From Eledone cirrhosa (lineage: Eukaryota): DNA of 64,000 bases. Positions within the stretch are counted from its first letter, which is position 1; each line of letters starts with the position of its first letter. This document shows, piece by piece, positions 51,180 through 64,000 of this stretch. The DNA lies in the NCBI GenBank assembly GCA_964016885.1, contig OZ024740.1, positions 412,982,001-413,046,000 of the forward strand. Reading direction: 5' to 3'. The position numbers and the translations under genes are program-made. The notes below the pieces were generated by a model, which saw nothing but the letters and a program-made list of their open reading frames with translations, made no database searches and was not told where the DNA came from.

Positions 51180-52189
51180 TAATCATGAGGAAGTTGGAAG
51201 TGTAATTTAGTTGGGTTGCTGTATCATTAATCAGTTGTGTTTCGGTTTCTGGATCTATCAACATCTCATTAAACCTTTAAGCACGTACACTATGTGTCCC
51301 TGTTAAACATTCTAATCAGAAGTTTGGAATTTTGTCATATATCGATGCCTTCCAGTTGCTTACTATTTCAGTGTGATAAATACTTCTTCTGTTCTGATGT
51401 CATCTCATAGTTGTTCTGAGGTAGATTGATGTTCTTACTATTATTGTGAGTGGCGATACTACTACTGCTCACAAAACCGCCCTCCTCAATACGTCCACTT
51501 ACTTCGGGGGTTCATTTAAATCTGTTTTGTTTCTACACACTTCCTGCTAGAATCGTTCTGGTTTGGAACAAAATTTCTGTTTTTTCGTTAAAAAAAATAT
51601 TTTCACGTGTTTCATATCTGCGACATCGTTTTGCCTTTGCAAATATTTGTTGTTTTAAAGTATTCACCAGTGATTTCTCGTTCTGTTATATTAAATAGTT
51701 TGAATATTTTTATTTTCTTCTCTTTGTCTAGTTTTGATGTTTTTTCTCCTATTTTATTTAAGTTTGGTGGGAGGGTCTTTTATTTTCTCTTTTCATTTTT
51801 GATTTCTATGTCGTGTGTGTTTTTTATACTTGTTTTTTGCAAATATAAGGAAGTATTCCATTTCTTTTGTAACAACTGTGGCTGTTTTTGTCGTTATTAT
51901 TCAGGTGTTGTGTTTGTTTTTCAACTTTTTTACTTTTTGCGCGTGATTCGAATGTTAACAAAGACATTTGTATGGTTACGAGACATAAAAATATACTTTT
52001 GTTAAGTTGCGTTGGTTTTTGTCTAACATATTCTTCTTCGTTTTCTGACTACATTTACTATCGTTTCCTCGATGTTGCCCGTTTATTTCGAATCTTGTTC
52101 GTTTATTTCTTGAAAGGTATTACAGTCAATTCCCATGCGTTTAATAGTTTTCACCCATTTAGATTGATATTTATGTTGTAGATTTTCGG

Positions 52190-53200
52190 AAAAGAAGATG
52201 CAAGGCATTAGTCGTAGCCCTAAAAAAGAGAGACCCTATAATATTTGACCCATATATAAGAACTTTTAATTAAAATTTATGTCCACAATTTCTTTTGTAA
52301 AAATAGAGGTGACATCCCCTCATTCAACCGGAGCGGCAAAATCTGCCTAGAAAAAGCGTGCAACATTACAACAATTCACACACTGGACTCTGAAGATTAA
52401 TAGTAACAATGTCACCAAAACCACTACTGTTCTCAGTACCACAACTCTCACCAAAACCACTACTGTTCTCAGTACCACAACTCTCACCAAAACCACTACT
52501 GTTCTCAGTACCACAACTTTCACCAAAACCACTACTGTTCTCAGTACCACAACTCTCACCAAAACCACTACTGTTCTCAGTACCACAACTTTCACCAAAA
52601 CCACTACTGTTCTCAGTACCACAACTCTCACCAAAACCACTACAGACATCACCAAACAAACAAGTCTTGCTAGCAACAACAACAACAACATCAGCAACAA
52701 CGGCATCAGCAACGGAAGTAACAGCAATAACAGTAGCAGCAACAGTAGCTGTACGAACAACAAAAACAATCAAAACCAAAGATATTGTGCATCAGATGAA
52801 TCCGATTTTGCATCACTGCCAAATTCAACTAACTTGAACGCTGCAGCCTCCACCGTCACAACAGTGAAAACATCTCCTCTGCCAACTAACCACAAGCAGA
52901 GGCAGCAACAATACCACCACCACTACCACAACAACAACAACAACAACAACTACTACTAAAAAAACGGAAAACAACACTGATATTACCAAGATGAACAACA
53001 ACAACATCAACAAAACCTTTGCAGGAAGGCTGCTAAAGCCGCCCAAATATTCAGTGAGGAAAGACACCTGTTTGGCGCAAGCGGGCAAATTTGTCAAATT
53101 TAACAAACCTGGACTAACATGTACCTCCCACTCAAGGCGTTGGCAACTCCTGGCAAAAAAAACAACTTTCAAGTAAAAATACATTTCGGTACAAAGGAGT
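52190..53200 (+). mobile_element. Probable 5' end/ORF1 N-terminus of a decayed Tx1-like LINE
   Basis: Low-complexity T/N runs followed by NINKTFAGRL (cf. KPISFAGIA, TTLSFARGA in the other ORF1s). Confidence 0.4.
52412..52643. repeat. 36-bp minisatellite x6.4 (SPKPLLFSVPQL in frame)
   Basis: Unit tcaccaaaaccactactgttctcagtaccacaact(c/t). Confidence 0.95.
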
Positions 53201-53378
53201 CGGCCAAAGCACATTTAAAATGGGTGAATGTAGCATTTTAACACATCGGAGTATGTATTTAAATTTACATATTTGTTCTGTATATACGTAGAAAATATTT
53301 TGTTGTCTCTCAATTGATATATCCTGTTATACATCGTTTATATATTTATGTCAAAAGTATAAATTATATGTATATATA

Positions 53379-53492
<114 letters not shown>

Positions 53493-53826
53493 CATATATA
53501 TATATTTATATATATATATATATATATATGTACCTTTAATATAATTCAATATTTCAAACATCCGTACCAGATGTATGATTTGAGGATATATTCTTCCCTC
53601 TTTCCCCCTGACTTGGAGACACATAAATATTTCATGGTCACTTCTCTTCCATCCTTAAGTAAACTGTATCAGGAGATTAAATTTGTGCTGCTTTTAGCTG
53701 GAAGCCATCGTTTTTACGATGACCTCACTAATAACAGAATGTTCAGAAATATCTCTTCTATGAATTATAAAATCGAAATTGAAACTCAAAAGGAAAACAA
53801 AACACGAGTAAGTATATGAAGTATAA

Positions 53827-54012
53827 TAATTGATTCTACTTTTGGGACAAAGCCAGCAATTGTTCCAGTGCATTACTGGTACTTTATTTTATCGACCCCG
53901 TATGGATGAAAGGCACAGTTAGCATCGGCTGGATTTGAACTCAGCCCGTAAAGGGACACAACTCTGCTGCAAAGCAGGGCATCCGACCTTCTACCGATGT
54001 TTCCAATTCACC
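53827..54012 (-). mobile_element. tRNA-derived SINE
   Basis: Matches 44780-44965. Confidence 0.8.
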
Positions 54013-54460
54013 ATATGAAGTATTATAATGTGTTGCAAATTGATATGTTATACACACCGGTAGGTGCTATCTGCCAGGTGTGGTCAGTGGGAGAAGTAAA
54101 ACAAAAAAAAAGAAGGCTAATATAAATCTTATTTCACCCCTAGATCACGTGGAACTTAGTCTTTTATTTAACGTTACTAAAGCTTTAACAGTAATTTTAA
54201 CTTCTAACTATAGAACACACTCGTTTACCATTCTCTCTTAACCCCTAACATGCTACTTGTAAGAAGAGTCACTCTAATAAAACAGGTTTTCTCCTGGAAA
54301 TCATTACCATCCTGTTCATTTGTCGAAGATTTATCAAACATATCTTTACACTAAAGATAAGCACGATCATTAGACGAGACAAGGCCCACAACATTGCAAT
54401 AATAAATTAATATTCAATCTCTATTTCAGTTTTGAGTACTTTTCCTCGTGATACACACCC

Positions 54461-54507
<47 letters not shown>

Positions 54508-54517
54508 ATATTTTTAA

Positions 54518-54622
54518 ATTAAAATAACAGATTAAAGTTTAAGCAAATAATCGCTGCTTTCACCCATAACGGGATCTTTTGAAACTAACAAAGTCAATCT
54601 GTGAACGCAGAAGTAAATATTT
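54518..54622 (-). mobile_element. Solo untailed arm of the CAGAAGA-family PLE
   Basis: Matches 40133-40237. Confidence 0.8.
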
Positions 54623-55408
54623 ATATATATATAAATTACAGAATAATCAAAATTATGTTCAAAATATTTTATTGCTGACAATCGTTTATTCCAAACTTCC
54701 GTTTGTATTCATCGGAGCACTAGCAAAGTTTAGACATATAATTAACGGCCTATTCTACAGAACAATCATGTACATACATATTAATGTTGTCATAAACAAT
54801 GTCATATTTACAGGGTGGCGATGTTGAGGTCAGTATCAGTGGATGCGATAAAGATTACAAAGGAATAATATAACAATTCTATAGAAATTAAGGCAGAAAG
54901 TTACTCGCAAAACGAGGACATTAGCAGTACATATGCAAGCGTATAGAGAGTGCAAATGTGTTAGTTATGTCAGAATAGCTAGGTAGGAAACAAGCAATGG
55001 TACTAGTGTGGCAAAGGTATCACATAATACAATACAGGTTTTAAAGAATATTAAGCAGACAGAGATGTTTGTGTATTAACAGTAGTTTCTATTAAGTTAA
55101 TGGTGGATGTAATTTGATAATTGTTCCTGTAATATTCAAATGTGCATGTGTTGTGGGTATTAATATTAAGGTTTTCTTTTCCATTACATTGGTTAAATTT
55201 TATATTGGTACTATTACAATCTTATCCAGGCTTCGAATTGTTCTAGAGTGATCTTTCAAACGGTTTTGTTTTCAGGAAGTGAATTAGATATCTATATTAA
55301 GGGGAATTATGTTTATAATTATATATAGTGTATATATAATTATAAATAATATTATTATTATTATTAACTGCTCCATACTGTTGAGCTTGCATACATAAAA
55401 TTACGAGT

Positions 55409-57861
55409 ATGCTAATCAAAGATTATCTTCCTATGTCTACTAAGAACATACCAATACCATCTAGGGATACTTACGAAAAGTTATTGATTAATAGGGTCAA
55501 CTCTTTTATCAATAGAGTGAGATGGAGAACATTCAATTACGATAGAAACCGAACAGACAAAAACAGAGATGCAAACAATTCCGACTCATACGGCTTTAAC
55601 ACCTTTAAAATCCCAGCTCACAACACCTTATTAAACTCTTTCGAAAATGATTTAATAAAACTAGTTAAGAACATAAAGTACAGAAAACATCATAATAGAA
55701 ACAATACCTTCTTAAACAACCTTAACTCCACTATTAAAAGATTTAATATAAAAAAAAAATTCTAGTACATGCTGATAAAACTAATAATATATATAGCCTA
55801 GATTACGATACATATAGAAAATTTATATATAAAGAACTACATATGAGTTATAAGAAAACCACTATTAAAAACCTAGAAGATATAAATATAGAAGGCCATA
55901 GTATAGTATGTAAATTAGAACTCAGAGATATACACAGCCATACACGCCTAACCCCCCAAGATTCTCTCTGAAAGACCATAATGAAGACTTTAATAGTAAC
56001 CCTTCTATAAGACTAATTTGCCCTTCCAAATCTGACATTGGAATTATCAGCAAAAGAATATTAGATAGAATCATCCCCCAATTTATGCATAAAATATATC
56101 TTAACTTGTGGGGAAATACTGGTGAAGTTATTGAATGGTTCAATGATATTAAAGTGAATTAAAAAAAAATTATACAATTTGATATTAATTCATACTACAC
56201 CTCTATTTCTCCTATCCTATTAAATAAGGGATTACTTATGACTATGAACAATAGTGACCTTACTAGATCCAAAATTGATGTCATCCTTGCGGTCATTAAA
56301 ACCATAATTGTATTTGAAGATCAATAATGGAACCGCAAGGTTACACCTAACAACTTTGACATAAATATGGGATCTAGTGACTCGGCGCAGGTCACTGATT
56401 TGGTGGGTCTATATCTCTCACATGAAATTCATAGTAATCTACCCTACCTCAATGGTGGTTTATACTGCGATGATGCACTACTTCTTATTGACTATAAAAA
56501 CTTTAATATAGAAAGAACTAGGAAACAATTACATAAAAGTTTCAAAAACGTCAACTTAGGTATTACCTTAGATAAAAACACTAAATACGTTAACTTCCTT
56601 AATGCCACCCTTTGCCTGAACTCTAAAATGTATACACCCTTTCATAAACCAAACGAAAAACTAATTTATGTAGATACCAAATCTAACCAGCCTAAATCCA
56701 TATTAATCTCAATTACTAAAGGAATATCAAATAGAATTTCTACTCTATCATATAATGAAACCATATTTAACAGTAATTCCCAATACTATAATGAGGCCTT
56801 AGATAAATCAGGCCATACAAATGAAATTAAATGTTTACCTATAAAATCAGCTAGTTACAACATTATTTCTCACAATATGGCCACGAAGAAAAATAATAAA
56901 AGTACTAGCCACTATAACTCTAGTACGAAGGGTAATATTAAACTTAACTCGCACCAGAATAGACACTCCAATAATAATATAAACAGAAATATAAACAATA
57001 CCTCAAATAACATTACAAAAACAAAATAGAAGAACTAATACATTTTTCAATCCCACTTTCAATCTAAACATCTCTACCAACTTGCCTAAAGCTTTCTTCT
57101 CAATCTTAGAAAAAATCTTCCCAGTCGGCCACAAATACTATAACCTTATTAATAAAAATACCATTTAAATCTCTTACTCTACCACACCTAACATCGCGTA
57201 CCATAGAGCTAGTAGTAATAAAAGGAAGATTAATAATTATTTCCAACTAATTAAATCACAATAGGGGGTAAACTTACATAGCAACATAATACCAGGGAAT
57301 TCTAGTAGCAATAATAGTAATAGCACTAATGAAATTAATGACAATGAGAATGATAATCATCTTTACCCTAATACTACCACTAACAACCATGCATCTACAC
57401 ACCATATTAACCGGCAAGCAAACAACCAAAATAACTGCAACTGTAGAACAAATAGAACTTGCTCCTTAGGTAAAAATTGCTTAATCAAAGATATCATTTA
57501 CTCATTCACAGGCAATACAAACAACTCTTCAAAAAAGTATATTGGTTCTACTTCGACCTGCTTCAAGACGAGATATAACTCGCATCTCCACACTTTCAAA
57601 AATCGCAATCTAGCCAACTTCACTTCTTTATCTAACTACATACACTATCTGAAAACTAAAAATAGACCATACACATTTTAATGGAAAGTAATAGATGAGG
57701 CCGCCTCGTATAAACCACTGAATAAATTATGTAACCTCTGTCTTCTAGAGACCAGCACTATAATCTATTCTAAACTAAACCTCTTAAATAGAAAATCAGA
57801 AATGTTTTCCATGTGCCAACACTACCACCGACACTCTTTCCACAACTTTAAACCTATATGA
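55409..57861 (+). pseudogene. PLE reverse transcriptase + GIY-YIG endonuclease, multiple stops/frameshifts
   Basis: STKNIPIP, FINRVRWR, ADKTNNIY, LKDH, RLICP, QFDI..YY, MGSSDSAQVTDLVGLY, GLYCDD, VNFL, CNCRTNRTC, IIY..YIGST, CNLCLLE, LNRKSE. Confidence 0.9.
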
Positions 57862-58949
57862 TAGTATATAACAATGTCAGATTCCTCACCACCATTAACA
57901 CTTCACCTCTATGTTTTATCAGCATATAATTACCCTCACAGCATCACACTCTATGATCAGCTCATTCCTCTATTTACCTCATATTTATCTCAAATCTTAT
58001 ACTCTACAATAACTATTAAGAATAAACATAAAGTTACCACCATTTAATATAACTACTATAGCTTACTTATACTTTATTCAGTGATGGGTAGATAGTAATA
58101 TAATGAGACCGTTAATGTATTATAGGAAAATAGATTGTATTTAAAATTAAATATATAAATAAATAGCATTATATAAAAGGGATTGAATTATAACATAATA
58201 TATTGTATATTAGCACTAGGAATCTAACTAATTAGAGCTGTAAACAACTATACATTTTTTCTATTATATACAAATTAATCGCTAATTACCGCTCCTTTCA
58301 CATTAGCTCCCCTTAATATAGATCTCTAATTCACTTCCTGAAAATAATATCGTTAGAAAGAACACTCTAGAACAACTCGAACCATGGCTAAGATTGTAAT
58401 AGGACCAATATACAATCCATAGTTGTAACTACTTATAAACATTCACTAACATTTAACCAATGTAATGGAAAAGAAAACATTAATATTAATACCCACCACA
58501 CAAGTACATTTGAACATTACAGGAACAATTATCAAACTACATCCACCATAAACTTAATAGAAACTACTGTTAATACACAAACATCTCTGTCTGCTTAATA
58601 TGCTTTTAAACCTGTATTGTATTATGTGATACCTTTGCCATACTGTAATATATATGCCTAGTACCATTGCTTGTTTCCTACCTACCTTTTCCCTACTTGC
58701 CTAACACATTTGCACTCTCTATACGCTTGCATATGTACTGCTAATGTCCTCATTTTGGGAGTAACCCTCTGCTTTAATTTCTATATAATTGTTATATTAT
58801 TCTTTTGTAATCTTTGTCGCATCCACTGATACTGACCTCAACATCTCCACCCTGTAAATATGACACTGGTGATGACAATATTAATATCTATGTACCTTTA
58901 TGATTGTTCTGTAGAATAGGACTTTAATTATATGTCTAAACTTTGCTAG

Positions 58950-58996
58950 TGCTCCGATGAATCCAAACGACAGTTTGGAAGAAACGATTGTCAGCA
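58950..58996 (+). ncRNA. Hammerhead-like ribozyme, CCGATGA core variant (mirror copy ~54673-54719 on -)
   Basis: tgct-CCGATGA-a tccaaac gaca gtttgga a-GAAA-cgattGTC-agca. Confidence 0.7.
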
Positions 58997-59174
58997 TTAA
59001 AATGTTTTGAACATAGCTTTGATTATTCTGTAATTTATATTCCTGCTCTGTAAAACATCTGATGTATTTACATTGAGCTATTTTTCTTACTGGTAATAAG
59101 GTAGTAATGAATTACTGACCTTTCCTGTTTATAATTATATATAGTGTATATATACGTATAAATAATATTATTAT

Positions 59175-59229
<55 letters not shown>

Positions 59230-59886
59230 CATATACATTATATGTGAGTATGTATAGAGTGAGAGAGAGAGAAGGAAAGTCACATACGTGCTGCAGTTTC
59301 TTTAGTATTTCTTGTTATATTAAGAAAATGCAGTTTGTATCGATAGGATATGATTGTGAATCACCATGAATCATTTCCAATTTAACATTCTAGTTGATAT
59401 CACCTTTAAATGTAGGTCGACGTAATTACAGTTTTCATTCTCAACAGTCAATAATAAACAGTTTTCTCATTATTACACATGATGAACAAACATATTATAA
59501 CGGTTGCTTATTTCCCGGCAACCATTCCGGTTCCTCATCGCTTCTCGTTTTCGAAAGCAAATGCAAGTGCTGCATGACATCCTGATTTAACAGTGGCTCA
59601 ATTAAAACGAATCATTTATTTGAGATGGCGTGTCTGCCGACAGCTATTGTGTATGTAGATCAATTTATATTTCTATACTTAATGAATGTGTATAGATTAT
59701 GTAATATTTGTCTATTGGAGAAATACTTATAGCAGAATCATACTAATTCAAATTGGCTGCACATAACCCATATTTCCAACACTTTTCATTAATTTCGCTC
59801 TCTCTCCCTTTCATTCTTTTTCTATATGTGTGTCTGTCTGCTCATCTGTACCTGTATATCTCATTTTGGATTTTGTAAGAATATAA

Positions 59887-59975
<89 letters not shown>

Positions 59976-60012
59976 ATATAAGATCAAAAGATGGTTAAAG
60001 GAGTTCAATATA

Positions 60013-60079
60013 TTTTATTATGCGCATTTCAAAAACAAACATCATCAAACAATAATATTTGTGTTTTCATCAGATAAAA
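60013..60079 (-). ncRNA. Type I hammerhead ribozyme (mirror copy)
   Basis: Reverse complement of 60203-60269. Confidence 0.85.
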
Positions 60080-60202
60080 CAGGAGAACATGATATGAAGG
60101 CTAAAAAAACACTTGTTGATAGTGCAGTTTTAAATCAACATATCAACATATCAACTGCACTATCAACAAGTGTTTTTTTAGCCTTCATATCATGTTCTCC
60201 TG

Positions 60203-60269
60203 TTTTATCTGATGAAAACACAAATATTATTGTTTGATGATGTTTGTTTTTGAAATGCGCATAATAAAA
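60203..60269 (+). ncRNA. Type I hammerhead ribozyme, canonical core
   Basis: ttttat-CTGATGA-long stem II-GAAA-tgcgcaTA-ataaaa; palindromic ATGCGCAT stem III. Confidence 0.88.
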
Positions 60270-60392
60270 TATATTGAACTCCTTTAACCATCTTTTGATC
60301 TTATATTATGCATACTCCAGTCCCATAAACTGTAGAGTGCTTCTTATCCGATATCTGCATTGCTTTATTGTACTACAATAAAACTCACCTCC

Positions 60393-60448
<56 letters not shown>

Positions 60449-60464
60449 TAGATAGATAGATATA

Positions 60465-60560
<96 letters not shown>

Positions 60561-62339
60561 GGTATAAAGATAGTGCTCAAGCGCAAGAATAGAAGATATG
60601 GGGTTTCAATTCCTCTCAGCAGTTATTAGAGAAAACGAATCTCCAATCGCTGTACAATAGAATGGTAGCATTCGGCTCCAGTCTCCAAGTCCGAGAAATA
60701 GTGCGACAGTAACAATGGTAGTGCCTAAAGTCTTTCCGGACATTAAATACCAACAGGCGATTAGGCAGCAATATAGAATTAGCACGGTGGTTAGAATTAG
60801 AATTCAAGATGTTTGGTCCAACCACGAGCGTAAACCGAACCGGTCAATTTCACAACTTGCACGATCCATATACATATGTGTGCGTGTGGGTGTTTTGTGT
60901 GTGCGGGGGGGGGGGGGGGGGTATATGTATTTGTACATGTTTGTGTATACATTCATGCATACAAAACTTTAGTTACTCATGTAACCATCATTTTACGACG
61001 TTATACCTACTACTACGAGGCTAAGGTTTCGAATTTACTAAGCGGGAATGTAATTTACGTTTTCGATAAAATTTGACGAAATAACTACTGGATTCGTGTG
61101 ATTGACAAAGAAAAAGAAAATAGTGGAGCATTAGGATGGAGCTGAAATCAATAAAAATTAACGTAAAGAAAGACAGTTATTGTGATCCTATAATTGTTTC
61201 TATCTTCAAGACAACATCCAGTGATTTCTATACTTGCTCTGATAGGTTAATATCTAAAACAGAAATGAATAATGCAACTGTCAAAACCAGTAAACCTAGC
61301 ATAATTGAATCGTCCCTGCTAAGAGATATCTGAAGAAATGAAGATATTTAGTTCAACACCTTCGTGGGAGAAGAGTAATCGCAGAGAAGATATTTGTACA
61401 GACTTGCAATCAGAAGAGAACGAAATAACGTTTATGTAAGCTTGACATTTGAACTTGATAAGTTTAATACGATTGAAATGTTTCATTTCGTCTCTAAACA
61501 TTCAATATATACGAACGCATTTTTTTTTTAAATCGCAATTCTTATCAACGAATGTTAACCATAATATACTTTACTTACAAGGTGTTTCCAAATATACTTG
61601 AATTATAAGATTTTGTATTTCAGGAAAAAGCTTAGGGCTAAACGTTGGGCTATTTTGATGTAACAGTCATATATATTTATAGTAGCATTGACATGCAAAA
61701 GAATCACAATATCAAATATGTTGGTCAGGCAATCATATATTTATTTACTTCTACTCGATACAATCAGAAATATACCAACAAATCTGTATTCAGAACAAAC
61801 GACTATAACATGGAATGGGTCTGGAGAAGAGGAGTGAATTAAAAAGCACGTCACTTCATATATATTTGAAATGCTTACCTTCCTTCCTCACGCACACTAC
61901 TTCCTTTACTTTCTGTGATACACGTGATGAGTTTTAATACATTTCAACCGTAATAGTCGTTTGAGTTTGATCTTCTGTCAGTATTCTCGATTTAGAATGT
62001 TAAATGTAAAGCTCTTTCTGGCATATCAAATCCTTCTTGGATGTCAAAAGTAGTTAGCAAATGCCGGCTGTCAACATAGACATATCAACTCTTGTTGTAA
62101 TTCAATGATATTTATAAAGAAAGAGCAATGTTCTGAAAGATTGGTCACTAAGAATAGAACTAAACGGGAAACTTCGTGGTAATTAATTCAAGCCTAAAAT
62201 ATTAGGTAATCCAGAGAAGGTCTTGGGATATAAATGGTGAAATATTTATCATATAAATAAAAAGTGTATGTTCATACGTGTAAACAAATACTTATAAAAT
62301 TGCATACTTATATGTCTATGTATGCATATGTATATCAAT

Positions 62340-62400
62340 ATATATGAATATGAATATAGATATATATATGTGTGTGTGTGTGTAAGAGAGGGGGAGAGAG

Positions 62401-62445
<45 letters not shown>

Positions 62446-62453
62446 TATATCTT

Positions 62454-62551
<98 letters not shown>

Positions 62552-62579
62552 AGGGAGAGAGAGATATAATATATATATA

Positions 62580-62614
<35 letters not shown>

Positions 62615-62660
62615 AGAGAGAGAGAGAGAATGAGTGAGTGAAAAAGAGAGAGAGAGATTC
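62340..62660. repeat. Compound (TA)n/(TG)n/(GA)n microsatellite
   Basis: Direct sequence. Confidence 0.95.
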
Positions 62661-63234
62661 GGAGGTGCTTGTCTGTGACTGTAGGGACACACCACACATT
62701 AAACCACCTGTATTTATTAAGGTTGATATCCGTGGATCATGTTAAATCTTTTTCAATCTCCTTCTCTCTTTTGTTATATTTGTGTTTCTCTCTTTTCTAT
62801 TTCTATTGCAGTTTTGTCTTTTTCAATTAACTTGAATATCCCCTCTACGGAATAGAATGAAAGTCAGCTAGTAAAACTTCGAACGGCTGCTTCACTTGCT
62901 AGAAATAATAACCACGTTTCTTTCAAAATACATACCTACCATGTTTGAAATATGGACACATAATATAATCTAGTTTGATTTAAACTTCGAAAAGCATCGA
63001 CGTATGTGATGGCTGAAATGACTCAGAATGTATCTGCTGTCTCAAATGATAGTAGAAAGATTTCACATTTATCTTTAAACTGTTAACTCCGGTCATTCAC
63101 TGCGTGGATACCTGTCTAAAAAGCAATTCAGGGACAACAACAATCAATGCGCGCTGACTAACTACCCTATCCGCGATACAGATATTTGCCAGCGGACACA
63201 TGTAGTATACCGTATTGATTTAACATTCACGAAA

Positions 63235-63650
63235 GGTTGTAACTGTAGAAACAAAGCAAATTGCCCATTAAAAGGAAATTGCCTTATTAATAACATAGCA
63301 TATAAATGTAAAATTAGCACTAAGGACTCAACTTATTCATATATAGGAGCTACTTCTAACCAATTTAAAGTAAGATTTAATACCCACAAACACAGTTTTT
63401 AAAATGCCGCATTAGCTAATACAACATCCTTAGCTGAAATAATTAATAATTATAGAAAAAAGAATATCGACTTGGAGTGTCCTCAAAAGGGTCACCCCTT
63501 ATCAAAATAATAGATATGAATGTAGATTATGTTCCCAGGAACTTTTTGAAATAATGAAATCTAAGGATATCCTTTTAAGTAAGCGACACGAATTAATTAT
63601 ATCGTGCAATAATAGAATTAGAAAACTTTCAAATATTATAAACCTAATTA
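63235..63650 (+). pseudogene. GIY-YIG domain of another Penelope-like element (5'-truncated; 3'UTR runs off the window)
   Basis: CNCRNKANCPLKGNCLINNIAYKC..YIGATSNQFKVRFNTHKHSF*, CRLCSQE, SKRHELIISC. Confidence 0.85.
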
Positions 63651-64000
63651 ATATACACTTATATTTTACAAATTATTATAATTAATTTTTTTTAATTAGT
63701 TAACCTATAATTAATATTCTACTACTAAATACTACATAATTTGATTTCCCTAATATTTATACCAATAAGTATAAATATAAACTATTTTAATTTCCTGTTA
63801 TGAATCTAAATTCCTTGTAATCTATATAAGTTTGTTATTTCTCACTAATACATTTATCCCCCCCAAAAAAATTGTTTTCCTTCGTTTTTAACAACATTCT
63901 TTAATAACATCTAACTCTTATTTATCATATCTATATGAATTAATATAAATTTATCCCTATAAATATACCTATCAATTAAATTAATTTTATTTCTTTTTAT

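Larger units (their letters stand above)
54629..59180 (+). mobile_element. Near-complete Penelope-like element (Hydra-type): inverted 5' repeat 54629-55304, RT-GIY-YIG ORF, 3' repeat 58309-59040, tail 59041-59180
   Basis: Inverted ~680-730 bp arms, coding remnants, hammerheads, TA-rich flanks. Confidence 0.88.
59973..60396. mobile_element. Young Penelope-like hairpin: arms ~59973-60129 / 60153-60309, tail 60310-60396
   Basis: Arms appear to be perfect reverse complements; (TA)n flanks. Confidence 0.88.

Noticed and set aside
52412-52643. 36-bp repeats of CRISPR-like length
   Set aside because: Units are contiguous with no spacers, no cas genes, eukaryotic context.
61080-61850. Short ORFs that might be host exons or LINE remnants
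   Set aside because: No recognisable motif; stops in all frames.

Overview
AT-rich, microsatellite-dense animal DNA, most likely octopus/cephalopod judging by the repeat families (inference). I find no host gene; the window is almost entirely nested mobile DNA, and it sorts by microsatellite type. (1) 1-19.4 kb is a (TAA)n nest: five R4/Dong-type REL-endonuclease LINE copies on +, one with an intact 1130-aa ORF (7825-11217), interleaved with two Tx1/L1-like APE LINEs on -. (2) 28.4-34.4 kb is a (CATA)n nest: a third R4-like family on + and four bipartite non-autonomous RTE-derived elements on -. (3) (TA)n tracts from 20.7 to 64 kb hold Penelope-like elements (GIY-YIG with a CxCx5C linker, Hydra-type). 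These repeatedly form the same asymmetric hairpin: two inverted arms with 3' ends facing out, hammerhead ribozyme motifs, and a 55-140 nt tail on one arm only. Some hammerhead families carry fixed non-canonical cores (CAGAAGA, CCGATGA). Also present are a Chapaev3 DNA transposon with TIRs and a TAA target-site duplication, many copies of a tRNA-derived SINE whose 3' end resembles that of the Tx1 element, and decayed LINE fragments. Coordinates were read by eye, and boundaries of degenerate copies are approximate.
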